From the NCBI GenBank assembly GCA_964435395.1, contig CAYSYI010000001.1, positions 42,516-106,515 on the forward strand: 64,000 nt of DNA. The letters are read 5' to 3'. The notes beneath the pieces were generated by a model. That model did no database searches. It was not told the DNA's origin and saw only the letters and a list, made by a program, of their open reading frames with translations. Positions 1 through 9,521 of this stretch are shown here, piece by piece. The translations under genes and the position numbers were made by a program. Within the stretch, counting starts at the first letter, position 1. The number at the start of each line of letters is the position of its first letter. Source of the stretch: an uncultured Isosphaeraceae bacterium. Lineage in GTDB: Bacteria; Planctomycetota; Phycisphaerae; Phycisphaerales; SM1A02.

Positions 1-317
1 TGGGCACTCTCAGCGTTTCCAAGGTAATAATGAGACCAGCCCAAATAATGCCATGCTGGCGGATATAGTTTTCCTTCAGCATTCGTAGATTTCGTGAGCC
101 ACTCCACGGCTTTTGCATATCTCATTTCGCTGTGGTAACTCAAACCCATAAGGAACAGCGCTTGGCCTGATTGGCCGTTCTCTTTCATATATTGCCGGAG
201 ACGAACTCGAGCTGAACCGTATTGGCCTTCACCAATGAGTAAAAAGTGCGTTTTTAACCCAGAATCGAGCTTTACACGCTCTGGTTCCTCAGAAGTACAA
301 CTAGCAAAGGCAACCAT
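1..317 (-). CDS. partial CDS (N-terminal part; continues past the left edge): TPR-like putative lipoprotein
   Basis: Reverse-strand frame is open from ~317 to position 1; it is absent from the ORF track because its stop lies outside the window. My translation is MVAFASCTSEEPERVKLDSG...GQALFLMGLSYHSEMRYAKAVEWLTKS...HYLGWSHYYLGNAESA, with a lipobox-like AFASC and TPR-like helix pairs. The start is uncertain because the upstream in-frame IKHALLIL hints at an earlier non-ATG start. Confidence 0.4.
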   Translation of the reverse strand, partial: MVAFASCTSEEPERVKLDSGLKTHFLLIGEGQYGSARVRLRQYMKENGQSGQALFLMGLSYHSEMRYAKAVEWLTKSTNAEGKLYPPAWHYLGWSHYYLGNAESA

Positions 318-430
318 TAAGATCAAGAGAGCGTGTTTGATTGTTTGAGTTGGAAGCTTTTCCGAGTACATTGGATGCAACCAATCTTAGAGAAGAATCG
401 TATCTGTGTGTAGATGAAGGAGAGTGTTCT

Positions 431-2107
431 GTGACATTTCATTTTATAACTAGACGAACCGTTCTTATTGCATTGGGTTTATTCTCTATGCTCGATGCGG
501 CATTGGCACAAGTTCCTCAGCCGAGAGCTGGCGACCCCCTCCCAACATTGACCAACGAGCTCCTTGCTCGCTTTGAGATAGGGAAGATTGCATTCAACGA
601 AGATCTCACTGTTGAGGGTGGACTTGGTCCCATTTTTAATCAAACGAGTTGCGGAAGTTGTCATAACAATCCACTAGGCGGTGCAGGTACTCAAACCGTC
701 ACCCGCTTTGGCTTTCTTGGAAAGAAAGGCGGCTTCGACCCCCTTGCAAGTCTTGGTGGTTCACTTCGGCAAGCAGAAGCAATTAGCGATGAGTGCGCTG
801 AAGTCGTACCACCTGAAGCAAATGTAACTTCACTTCGTGTTACAAATAGTGCACTTGCATTTGGACTTGTAGAAGCAATCAGTGACGCAGACCTTCTTAT
901 AGTTCGAGATGCACAACCGGCAGCACAACGAGGCAAGGCGCACATGGTTTCAAACTTTGAAGATCCAAACGGCGCGTTGCATGTTGGACGTTTTGGTTGG
1001 AAAGCACAAGTCGCATCTGTACTTACATTTTCTTCTGATGCGTCACAAAACGAAATGGGATTGAGCAACCGATTCCTGCCATTTGACAACGCTCCTAATG
1101 GCGATGAAGTGCTTCTTGCAAACTGTGATACAGTCGCCGATCCTGAAGATGGACCAGACACCGAAGGCTTTGATTTTATCGATCGAGTAACGGATTTTCA
1201 GCGTTTCTTAGCACCTCCACCACAAACACCGCGGTACGGCATGCAAGGCGAGATAATCTTTAATGACATAGGTTGCGTAGTCTGCCATACTGCTTCGTTC
1301 ACAACAGGCACAAACCCAGAAACAGAATCCATCTTGCGTAATGTCAACATTCGACCATACGGAGACTTCTTATTGCACGATATGGGGATCGCTGGCGATG
1401 GAATTGTACAGGGTGATGGCAATGGTCAAGAATTAAAAACGCCTCCTCTCTGGGGTGTTTCCTATCGTGACCCACTCTGGCACGATGGTCGATTTTCTGC
1501 AGGCACCTTTGAATCTAGAATTCGAAATGCAATCGCAGAACATGGTGTGTTTGGTTCACAAGGCATTCCTTCAGCAGAAGCGTTTGCATCTTCTACACCT
1601 GAAGAGCAAGCGATGGTCATTCAATTTCTCCATTCTCTTGGACAAGCAGAGTTTGACAGCGACAGTGACAACGACGTAGAACTCAATGACTTCCATGGCT
1701 ACATCGATACCATTGGATTTCGTGGTTGCTTCGGAACAACTGTAACTCCAGATGAACCCTGCGCAATTCACGATGCTGACCAAGATGGCGATGTTGATCT
1801 TGATGACTTCGACATCTTCCTTCTTGCTTTTGATGCCACACCTGCTGATTGCAACGCGAACGGCGTTGTAGATATGCTTGACATTCTGCTAGGTGAATCT
1901 GATGTGAATAACGATGGTGTTCCTGATATTTGTCAAGCATGCGTTGGTGACCTAGATGGTGACAACCTTGTTGGTGTCAGCGATTTGCTTGCGATTATCG
2001 AAGCGTGGGGACCATGTACAAATTGTTCTGCAGACATCGACAACGATGGTGCTGTAAATGTTAATGACCTTCTATATATTGTTGGAAATTGGGGCCCTTG
2101 CACATGA
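431..2107 (+). CDS. secreted di-haem c-type oxidoreductase (DUF1111 / putative peroxidase family) with C-terminal dockerin/EF-hand-like repeats
   Basis: ORF 341..2107. Two CxxCH motifs (SCGSCHNNP, GCVVCHTASF) and family-like RFGWKAQ and PLWHDGR motifs. The signal-like TRRTVLIALGLFSMLDAALA suggests a GTG start near 431 rather than TTG 341. The C-terminus carries DLDGDNLVGVSDLLAIIEAWGPC and DIDNDGAVNVNDLLYIVGNWGPC. Confidence 0.8.
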   Translation: MTFHFITRRTVLIALGLFSMLDAALAQVPQPRAGDPLPTLTNELLARFEIGKIAFNEDLTVEGGLGPIFNQTSCGSCHNNPLGGAGTQTVTRFGFLGKKGGFDPLASLGGSLRQAEAISDECAEVVPPEANVTSLRVTNSALAFGLVEAISDADLLIVRDAQPAAQRGKAHMVSNFEDPNGALHVGRFGWKAQVASVLTFSSDASQNEMGLSNRFLPFDNAPNGDEVLLANCDTVADPEDGPDTEGFDFIDRVTDFQRFLAPPPQTPRYGMQGEIIFNDIGCVVCHTASFTTGTNPETESILRNVNIRPYGDFLLHDMGIAGDGIVQGDGNGQELKTPPLWGVSYRDPLWHDGRFSAGTFESRIRNAIAEHGVFGSQGIPSAEAFASSTPEEQAMVIQFLHSLGQAEFDSDSDNDVELNDFHGYIDTIGFRGCFGTTVTPDEPCAIHDADQDGDVDLDDFDIFLLAFDATPADCNANGVVDMLDILLGESDVNNDGVPDICQACVGDLDGDNLVGVSDLLAIIEAWGPCTNCSADIDNDGAVNVNDLLYIVGNWGPCT

Positions 2108-4443
2108 TGATTACATCAATACTTATTGTTGAAATAGCTCTCACTGGAGGCTTCGGCAACTTTACGAACCAAACTTCGCAACGACTGGTCTGCGACCCCG
2201 CTCTGGGCATCAATGATGTTGAAGAAAAAGATTATGCTTGGGGCGACCTTGACCTCGATGGCGACATAGATCTCGTTTGTGTCCGCAAAGAACCCTTCAC
2301 TTCCACTGGAAGAAACATCAACGTTCTCCTTATGAATGAGGGTGGAATTTTAGTTGACCGCACTGCAGAGTACGCAACAGCAACTGATGTGACTGGTGAC
2401 AATGGATTTTTGACTCCAACAAACGACCGAGACGTTGTACTACACGACCTTAACTCCGACGGTTGGCTTGACATGATCACAGTCACAACGCTCACTGATA
2501 ATTCTACAAAAGAACTCTCCCACCCTCGCGTCTACATGAACTTGGGTGAGATCGACGGCATTTGGCAAGGCTTCCGCTTCGAAAACAATCGCATCCCAGA
2601 AATGCACAATACTGCAGGACCTCGTTTTTGCTCACTCGCTGTCGGCGATGTCTCTGGCGATGGTCACCCTGACTTGTACTTTGGCGATTACGACAGTGGC
2701 GGCACGCAAATCTTTGACTACAACAACAGGCTTCTCATTAACGATGGCAATGGTTTCTTCAGCGATCAAAGTGAACAACGCATGAGTAGCGAGATGTTGG
2801 AATCAGCATTTGGAGCTGCAAGCGCCATTGCTGACATGAATGGTGATGGAGTGCTTGACGTTGTCAAACAAACTTCACTCAATGCACCCCAGCATGTTGC
2901 GATTACCTACAACGATCCAAACAATGAAGGCTACTTTAACGGGTACGACATCGTCGACCAACGAGCCCCCTACTTTGTTTCTGTTGGAGATTTAAACGGC
3001 GATGGCAGACTTGACCTCGTTGTTGTCGACGATGGTTCCGACACGTATTACCTCAACACTGGAAACGGCGGCGATGGTTTTGCAAACTTTGACAGTGTTA
3101 CGTTACAAAATAGTGATGGCTTCGGAGGCAATGCAATCTTACGAGACCTTAATAACGATGGGCATCAAGATGTCATAGTTACCGATATTGATGTTGATAT
3201 TTCTGGCTGCACTAGAACAACACATATCTATCGAAACCTCGGCGATGTTCCAAACATCACGCTCTCTGAACAAGATGTTGGCATTTTAAATAGTGAGTTG
3301 CAAGGCGTGCACGATGTTGCGGTGTTTGACATCAATGGAGATGGATGGCTTGACATGGTCATGGGGCGTTGCGACTCCACAGAAATCTGGATTCAAGACG
3401 CACCAACTGGAGTCATCTTTACATATCCAAATGGATTACCCGGCTTCGTTCCTCCAAACCAAGACATTCTGTTTACTATCAATACCCAAGCGGTCGGAGG
3501 CGGCGCGGTAGATCCAAATACAGCGAGCATTTCTGTCCTTGAAAACGGTATCGAAACCGTGTACCCATTAACGACTCTCGGAAAAGGGCAGTTCGAAGCA
3601 AGTTTGCCTGCTGGCGATTGCGCTACTGAACTTCAATTCTTCATTTCAGTTTCACTTACGAGTGGTGGCACGTTTACCGATCCCCCTTCCGGGTGGCACA
3701 ACGTCACGGTAGGCGAAGGGACTGACATTCTTTTTAGAGACGAAATGGAAGCCGACGTTTCAAGTTGGGGAGTTACGAACAGCGGTACTCTTACTACTGG
3801 AGCATGGGAACAAGCAGATCCCAACGGCACAATCTACAACTCAGCGATGGCTGCTCCCGAAGATGACGCAACGGGTGGATCCCAAAACATCATGTGCTTT
3901 GTTACACAAAACGGCGACGTTGGCGGAAGCGCAGGCGCAGAAGATGTAGATGGAGGATCGACGACACTCGTTTCACCGCTACTCGATGTTGCTGGAACAG
4001 ATGGAATCATCTCCTATGCTCGATGGTTTTTTGACAGTCAGACAAGTGACTCACTTCAAACGTACGTGAGTAACAACAACGGAGACACGTGGACATTCGT
4101 GCATGAAACGGGTGGTACAGGTTCTGCTTGGGAAACAACAAGTTTCACTCTGAGCGCATACATCCTCCCAACAAATCAAGTACGGGTGGCATTCATGACT
4201 GAAGACGCAAGCCCCGCGAGTATTGTGGAAGCTGGCATTGATAATTTCCAACTTGAAGTTATATCCTGTGGAGTTGCCTGTCTTGGTGATCTTGATCAAG
4301 ATGGAGTAGTCAATGTCACTGACTTATTGACAATTATTGGAGCCTGGGGCACAAATAATCCCACTGCTGACCTCGATGGCGATGGAATAGTCGCAATAAG
4401 CGATTTGCTCACTGCCATTGGAAACTGGGGATTATGTGAGTAA
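2104..4443 (+). CDS. FG-GAP/VCBS repeat beta-propeller protein with MAM-like domain and C-terminal dockerin-like repeat pair
   Basis: ORF 2089..4443; the ATG at 2104 overlaps the upstream stop (ATGATGA). At least 7 FG-GAP-type Ca-binding loops (DLDLDGDIDLV, DLNSDGWLDMI, GDVSGDGHPDLYF, ADMNGDGVLDVV, GDLNGDGRLDLVVV, RDLNNDGHQDVIV, FDINGDGWLDMVMG). The C-terminus is CLGDLDQDGVVNVTDLLTIIGAWG...DLDGDGIVAISDLLTAIGNWGLCE. Confidence 0.8.
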   Translation: MMITSILIVEIALTGGFGNFTNQTSQRLVCDPALGINDVEEKDYAWGDLDLDGDIDLVCVRKEPFTSTGRNINVLLMNEGGILVDRTAEYATATDVTGDNGFLTPTNDRDVVLHDLNSDGWLDMITVTTLTDNSTKELSHPRVYMNLGEIDGIWQGFRFENNRIPEMHNTAGPRFCSLAVGDVSGDGHPDLYFGDYDSGGTQIFDYNNRLLINDGNGFFSDQSEQRMSSEMLESAFGAASAIADMNGDGVLDVVKQTSLNAPQHVAITYNDPNNEGYFNGYDIVDQRAPYFVSVGDLNGDGRLDLVVVDDGSDTYYLNTGNGGDGFANFDSVTLQNSDGFGGNAILRDLNNDGHQDVIVTDIDVDISGCTRTTHIYRNLGDVPNITLSEQDVGILNSELQGVHDVAVFDINGDGWLDMVMGRCDSTEIWIQDAPTGVIFTYPNGLPGFVPPNQDILFTINTQAVGGGAVDPNTASISVLENGIETVYPLTTLGKGQFEASLPAGDCATELQFFISVSLTSGGTFTDPPSGWHNVTVGEGTDILFRDEMEADVSSWGVTNSGTLTTGAWEQADPNGTIYNSAMAAPEDDATGGSQNIMCFVTQNGDVGGSAGAEDVDGGSTTLVSPLLDVAGTDGIISYARWFFDSQTSDSLQTYVSNNNGDTWTFVHETGGTGSAWETTSFTLSAYILPTNQVRVAFMTEDASPASIVEAGIDNFQLEVISCGVACLGDLDQDGVVNVTDLLTIIGAWGTNNPTADLDGDGIVAISDLLTAIGNWGLCE

Positions 4444-4573
4444 AAACACCTCCAGTACGTCCTATTCATGGAACCGAAGGGGTTAGAAGCCGTATAATTT
4501 CCCAAAGTAGGTGGCTTTTTGCCATTTTTGAGTCAGAATAGACACAAGTAGAGAAAGGTTCTGCAGAACGACC

Positions 4574-6517
4574 ATGAAACTTAAAACCATTATCACAACT
4601 GCTGTTATAGCAGGCACTTTGCCTGCAATTCTTTCAGCACACCAAGACGATCCAAAAATCAAAGATCGGCAACCCGCTGTTAAAGCAAATGCCTATCGAG
4701 CTGATCGCAATCCTGGGCAAGAGCGATCTTTAGGTTTCACATCTGAAAACGTCCAACTCAAAACATGGCTACCACTCAATACACTTGATAATGCTGACAG
4801 TGGTAACGATTGTTGGGGATACGTCTCCCCCTCTGGTCGTGAGTACGCTCTAATGGGAACAAGCAGTGGTACAGTCGTTGTGGAAATTACCAACCCAGGC
4901 AATGCACAAGTCGTGGCTTCGCTTTCGGGTCCAAACAGTCTATGGCGTGATATCAAAACATACGGCACGTACATGTACTGCGTAAGCGAAGGTGGAGGTG
5001 GTATCCAAGTCTTTAACTTAGCAAACATTGACCTCGGTCAAGTACAAACTCTAAACTCCGCTGGTTCTGGTGCATCCCACAATGTTGCTATCGACACCGA
5101 AAGTGGTTTCTTGTACCGAACAGGCGCAAGCAACGATGGACTTATGTTCTATAGTCTGGCGAACCCAGCGGCACCAGTCCAAGTCGGCTCATGGAGCGAC
5201 CGATACGTTCACGATGCGCAAATCGTCACGTACACAAGTGGACCATTTGCTGGTCGACAAATTGCATTCTGTTGTGCAGGTCTTAGCGGTGGATGGAGTG
5301 ACACCGGTCTTACTATCGTAGACATCACAAACAAAAATGCTCCGTTTGTTGTTTCACAAACGTATTACAGCAACGCTGCTTACTCGCATCAAGGTTGGCT
5401 CTCAGAGGACAGACAATATTTCTATCTCAACGATGAACTAGACGAGCAAAACTACGGTGGAAACACCACAACTCGTATCATTAATGTTGCTGATATTGAA
5501 AACCCTTCGTTCGTTGGAACATTCTCTAGTGGAAGGCCCTCAATCGACCACAACTTGTACACACACAACGGATACATCTTCGAAGCGAATTACCGTTCAG
5601 GTCTTCGCGTCTTCGATGCAACAAATCCAACAGCCCCAACACAATATGGATTTTTTGACACATACCCATCAAACGACAACGCGAGTTTTAATGGCTTGTG
5701 GAATGTCTACCCATATTTTCCAAGTGGTACTGTCATTGGAAGCGATCTTGAAAGTGGACTTTTCGTTTGGGAGCTTGGAATACTCGACCCATGCACTGTT
5801 CCACTCGGTTCATGTTCTGACGATATTGATGGAAACGGAATCGTTGGCGTGAGTGACATCCTCGCAATAATTGACAACTGGGGAGCCGTGGGCGATGGCA
5901 CATTTAGACCAATTGGCGATGTGAATGACACATGCAGCGTAGATGTTGCAGACATTCTCCAACTAGTAAGTGTTTGGGGTACAGAGTGTGTCATTACAGG
6001 CGCATGCTGCTTAAGTGATTTTACATGCACAGAAGCGAGCCAAAATGCTTGCACTAGCTTGGGAGGAAGTTTTTACGGAGACGAAACATTGTGTGCAAAC
6101 ACCGTCTGCCCTGGCGCAGGTGACGAATGCAATACTGCAATAACGGCTCATGTTGGTGCTAATGCTTACGAAACCTTTACTGCGACACCAAGCTCGCCAG
6201 CACCAGATGAAAACATGTGTGCAGGCACATACATGAACTGGGCAAATTCGAAAGATATTTGGCTTGCGTGGACCGCAGAGTTTTCTGGCAACGCTCACTT
6301 CACAACGTGCGATAGCGGAAGTTTTGATACATCTATGGTTGTTTATGAAGGCACCTGTGGCAACCAAATCGCATGCAATGGAGATTCAAACGGAGAAACT
6401 GGATGCCAATCCTACTATTCATCTGTTAATGTCGATGTTACTGCTGGCCAAACCTACTTCGTCCGCATAGGCGGCTGGGAAGGCGATACTGGTTCCGGCA
6501 CCCTGACAATCGAGTAA
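4574..6517 (+). CDS. secreted LVIVD-repeat / choice-of-anchor-B-like beta-propeller protein with internal dockerin-like pair, Cys-rich linker and C-terminal beta-sandwich-like domain
   Basis: Signal peptide MKLKTIITTAVIAGTLPAILSA. LVIVD-type strands (GTVVVEITNP, GLTIVDITN, TRIINVADI, GLRVFDATNP). DIDGNGIVGVSDILAIIDNWG...DVADILQLVSVWGTEC, followed by GACCLSDFTCTEASQNACTSLGGSFYGDETLC. Confidence 0.75.
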   Translation: MKLKTIITTAVIAGTLPAILSAHQDDPKIKDRQPAVKANAYRADRNPGQERSLGFTSENVQLKTWLPLNTLDNADSGNDCWGYVSPSGREYALMGTSSGTVVVEITNPGNAQVVASLSGPNSLWRDIKTYGTYMYCVSEGGGGIQVFNLANIDLGQVQTLNSAGSGASHNVAIDTESGFLYRTGASNDGLMFYSLANPAAPVQVGSWSDRYVHDAQIVTYTSGPFAGRQIAFCCAGLSGGWSDTGLTIVDITNKNAPFVVSQTYYSNAAYSHQGWLSEDRQYFYLNDELDEQNYGGNTTTRIINVADIENPSFVGTFSSGRPSIDHNLYTHNGYIFEANYRSGLRVFDATNPTAPTQYGFFDTYPSNDNASFNGLWNVYPYFPSGTVIGSDLESGLFVWELGILDPCTVPLGSCSDDIDGNGIVGVSDILAIIDNWGAVGDGTFRPIGDVNDTCSVDVADILQLVSVWGTECVITGACCLSDFTCTEASQNACTSLGGSFYGDETLCANTVCPGAGDECNTAITAHVGANAYETFTATPSSPAPDENMCAGTYMNWANSKDIWLAWTAEFSGNAHFTTCDSGSFDTSMVVYEGTCGNQIACNGDSNGETGCQSYYSSVNVDVTAGQTYFVRIGGWEGDTGSGTLTIE

Positions 6518-6527
6518 CATCCCGAAC

Positions 6528-7658
6528 ATGTTCACTGCATTGTTTTGCTTACTATTCACAACTGGCGATGTGTCTGCATTGCCTGTTTTTTCTGAAGAAG
6601 AGTGGACGATTTTACGATCCATGAGCCCTGCAATTTTATTGCCTGACACAACGAATGCGTTTGAACAAAACAAAGAGGCTGCAACACTTGGCCAAGCCAT
6701 TTTTTTTGATGAACGGTTTTCTTCAAACAAGGAGGTTTCTTGTGCTACTTGCCATGAACCTGAAAAATATTTTACCGATGGCGTGCAAATTGCTGTTGGG
6801 ACAGGACAAACTACTCGTAACTCTCCTACTGTATTAAATGCTGCACATCAACGTTGGTTTTTCTGGGATGGGCGCACGGACACGTTGTGGGGACAACCTA
6901 TTCAGACTATGGAACATCCTGATGAGATGAACTTTCCACGCGACCAGATAATCTCACTCATTGCGAAAGACAAAACACTTTCTTCACTTTGGATTGATGC
7001 CTTTGGAGAAATGGACTTGAAAGATGTCGATGGCAATTCCACAAAGGTTGCCAAATCCCTTGCGAGTTACATTACAAAACTTGATGCAACTAATGCTCCG
7101 TTCGATGCGTTTGTTGCTGGCGACAGCGAAGCCATTTCGGGTTCTGCTCAACGTGGGTTGAAATACTTTATTGGTGACGGTGGCTGTTTGCGTTGCCACT
7201 TTGGACCATGGTTGAGTGACGGTGCATTTCACTCCGTTGGCATTGGACCACTTGATGGCGGCCCACTACGAGATAGCGGTCGTGCTGGCGCAATTGATAC
7301 GTTACAAACCGCGCAGTTCACAGCTGGCAGTGAACAAAGCGATGACTCCGATGGAATTCGCGCAACCATTTCCAAGCATATTGCAAAACGACGAGAAGAC
7401 TGGGGTTCTTTTCGAACACCTAGTTTACGCAACGTTGCGAAGACAGGACCATACATGCACGCTGGGCAACTAGCAACACTAGAAGATGTGTTAGAACATT
7501 ATTCAACACTAGAAAATTTCGTCAGTGCAGACCACCATCGTGAAACTATTTTGGAACCGTTGAACCTGTCTACAGAGCAAAAGGCGGACTTGATTGTGTT
7601 TTTAGAATCGTTGACTGCACCGTTGCCGGATGTTGCTCTGCTCGCCACGCCAAAGTAG
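6528..7658 (+). CDS. di-haem cytochrome c peroxidase (CCP/MauG family)
   Basis: Two CxxCH motifs (SCATCHEPEKYFTDG, GGCLRCHFGPW). Family motifs RNSPTVLNAA, FWDGR and FRTPSLRNVAKTGPYMHAG. N-terminal signal-like segment. Confidence 0.85.
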   Translation: MFTALFCLLFTTGDVSALPVFSEEEWTILRSMSPAILLPDTTNAFEQNKEAATLGQAIFFDERFSSNKEVSCATCHEPEKYFTDGVQIAVGTGQTTRNSPTVLNAAHQRWFFWDGRTDTLWGQPIQTMEHPDEMNFPRDQIISLIAKDKTLSSLWIDAFGEMDLKDVDGNSTKVAKSLASYITKLDATNAPFDAFVAGDSEAISGSAQRGLKYFIGDGGCLRCHFGPWLSDGAFHSVGIGPLDGGPLRDSGRAGAIDTLQTAQFTAGSEQSDDSDGIRATISKHIAKRREDWGSFRTPSLRNVAKTGPYMHAGQLATLEDVLEHYSTLENFVSADHHRETILEPLNLSTEQKADLIVFLESLTAPLPDVALLATPK

Positions 7659-7762
7659 TTTTTTTGCACCACAGCGACGGGTTTGCCCCTAACTCCAAAG
7701 AAATTCTTCCGAGGTATTCGTCATCAAATTATGCTTCTAACCCACTGCTATTACTAGACATA

Positions 7763-7781
7763 AATTGGCTCAGAGCCAATT
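7763..7781. repeat. palindromic hairpin element AATTGGCTC-A-GAGCCAATT (copy 1 of 3)
   Basis: Perfect 9-bp inverted repeat in the convergent intergenic space. Near-identical copies lie at ~21309 and ~21404. Confidence 0.8.
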
Positions 7782-7814
7782 AATTGAGACAATAAATCTC
7801 AATAAAGTATTCTT

Positions 7815-7825
7815 GGGACAGACCC
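7815..7825 (-). repeat. GGGTCTGTCCC motif copy (read on the minus strand), 3' of the NHL gene
   Basis: The plus strand reads gggacagaccc about 40 nt downstream of the minus-strand stop. A degenerate plus-strand copy (gcgacgggtttgcccctaac, ~7674-7693) lies just after the CCP stop. Confidence 0.6.
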
Positions 7826-7865
7826 GTTTCACCATCAAATAAGGATGGGAGCATAGTGCGACGAT

Positions 7866-9521
7866 TTACGGTTTAAGTGTCACTTCGTCTTGTGCACGCT
7901 CAATGGTTTCGCCGTTGTCGATGTCAAAGTAAATTTCCCACTTCCCAGGCATACTCAAAAGCATGCCGGTTGTTTTGTAACTTCCATCTTCTTGCAAAGT
8001 TGTCACCGGATCAGTCATCATGCCGTGCCCATGTGCTGGCATCGCTGCATCAACGCGAAGTGATTGTATCTCACCGACTCCCTCCACTCGAGTCGTGAGT
8101 TCAAAGACTTCGTTGAGAGGCATCTCCTCTAGTGTAGGCGAAAAAGTCACCTTCCAGTTTCCTGCATTACTTGTCACGGTATGTGGAGGCGGATTTTTCC
8201 CTCGCGTCCAACTTCGACCACGACCAAACGTTGCTTGCCACTTCCCATCAGGGCTGTATACCTGAGCTCGGTGGTTGCCCCAATCAACAACGACAATTGC
8301 CCCGTCATCAAGAACGGTCATTCCAGCTGGCTTAAACATCTGGTGAGGAGCATAGCCCTTTTCGCCAAATGTGAACAACAACTCGCCTTCAGGCGAGAAC
8401 CGTTTAATGTTCGACGCTCCAATGTCTGAAACTAATATATTTCCATCTGGTTCTATTTCGATTCCGCTTGGCTCTATGAAGCCAACGATTGTTTGCACGA
8501 CTTCAAAATTTGGCAACGTTGAATGCGTAACTGTTTCTGCAACTGCATCGACAGACCATATTGAATTTCCATCAAGCGAAACAGTAATGTCTGTTGCACT
8601 TGGCATGACATGAGCGTCATCAATTGGTCCATTGAAACAAGCATTATTCTGCGATTTTTGAAACTTCACCATGCCCGGTATTTGTTTGAATGGACTTGCT
8701 GAGTCATGTTCGTACACAAATGTTTTTACATTCCTATCACCAACAACTTTTATTTCGCCGTCACCAATCCACAAACCATTAATCCATTTGAATTGATGTG
8801 GAGCATTTCCTTCTCCACCAAAACGTGTCATTGGAATTGGAACATCGAGACCCGTTCGAAAGAGATACACATCTCCAAGTTCTGGTTCAGCAAGCAGAAT
8901 CAAATCCCTGTATGAATCTATGTGTTTCCCAAAATGCGCAATATTGGCAATCAGTGGTGCACTTTCTGGTTCTCCTTCTCCGAGTTCAAAAATTTGAATG
9001 CGACCTTCAAACCCTTCGCAGACAATGATTTTTGACCCGTTAGGCGAAATGGAAACAGCGTTGGGGTAATGCAACTTTCCTTTACCCTCATGTGGAAGAA
9101 GCGCATGCACACCCCACTTGCCAAGCCACTTTCCTTTAGGGTCATACTGATGAATTGCATGTCCATAGATATCAGGAATAAACCAGCCCTGCGAACTTTG
9201 CACAGGTACACCAGGGCTTACGACTTCATCAGTGCCCCACTCTGGTCGGTGAACAGTTCCAATTGCAGGAGAGCCTTGATCATCTATGACCAACTCCATC
9301 GGATTTTCTGCTTCGATTGTACGAAGTCGCTTCCCATCGACGCTGATAATCACAATTTCGTCCGCCAATCTGTCCGCAACAGCTATATTTCCATCTGCAA
9401 GCCAAATGGCATGTGATGGCTCGAGGAAGCCATCAATTTGTTGCAAAAAACGTCCTGAGGGGGCCATAAAGATGGTTGATAGTAGTAATCCGGTCAGCAT
9501 TCTCACATCGTACCATCCCAT
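7866..9521 (-). CDS. NHL-repeat beta-propeller protein with C-terminal YtkA/FixH-like domain carrying a Met/His motif
   Basis: 551-aa ORF. NHL-like blades (GNHRAQVYSPDGKW, SNIKRFSPEGELLFTFG, GRIQIFELG). C-terminal AAMPAHGHGMM...GKWEIYFDI. Confidence 0.7.
   Translation of the reverse strand: MGWYDVRMLTGLLLSTIFMAPSGRFLQQIDGFLEPSHAIWLADGNIAVADRLADEIVIISVDGKRLRTIEAENPMELVIDDQGSPAIGTVHRPEWGTDEVVSPGVPVQSSQGWFIPDIYGHAIHQYDPKGKWLGKWGVHALLPHEGKGKLHYPNAVSISPNGSKIIVCEGFEGRIQIFELGEGEPESAPLIANIAHFGKHIDSYRDLILLAEPELGDVYLFRTGLDVPIPMTRFGGEGNAPHQFKWINGLWIGDGEIKVVGDRNVKTFVYEHDSASPFKQIPGMVKFQKSQNNACFNGPIDDAHVMPSATDITVSLDGNSIWSVDAVAETVTHSTLPNFEVVQTIVGFIEPSGIEIEPDGNILVSDIGASNIKRFSPEGELLFTFGEKGYAPHQMFKPAGMTVLDDGAIVVVDWGNHRAQVYSPDGKWQATFGRGRSWTRGKNPPPHTVTSNAGNWKVTFSPTLEEMPLNEVFELTTRVEGVGEIQSLRVDAAMPAHGHGMMTDPVTTLQEDGSYKTTGMLLSMPGKWEIYFDIDNGETIERAQDEVTLKP

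Noticed and set aside
341-430. TTG start at 341, and a Tat signal (TRR), for the DUF1111 protein
   Set aside because: The first 30 codons are acidic and not signal-like, so a GTG near 431 gives a proper signal peptide. A lone T-R-R is insufficient for a Tat call, and c-type cytochromes are normally exported unfolded by Sec.
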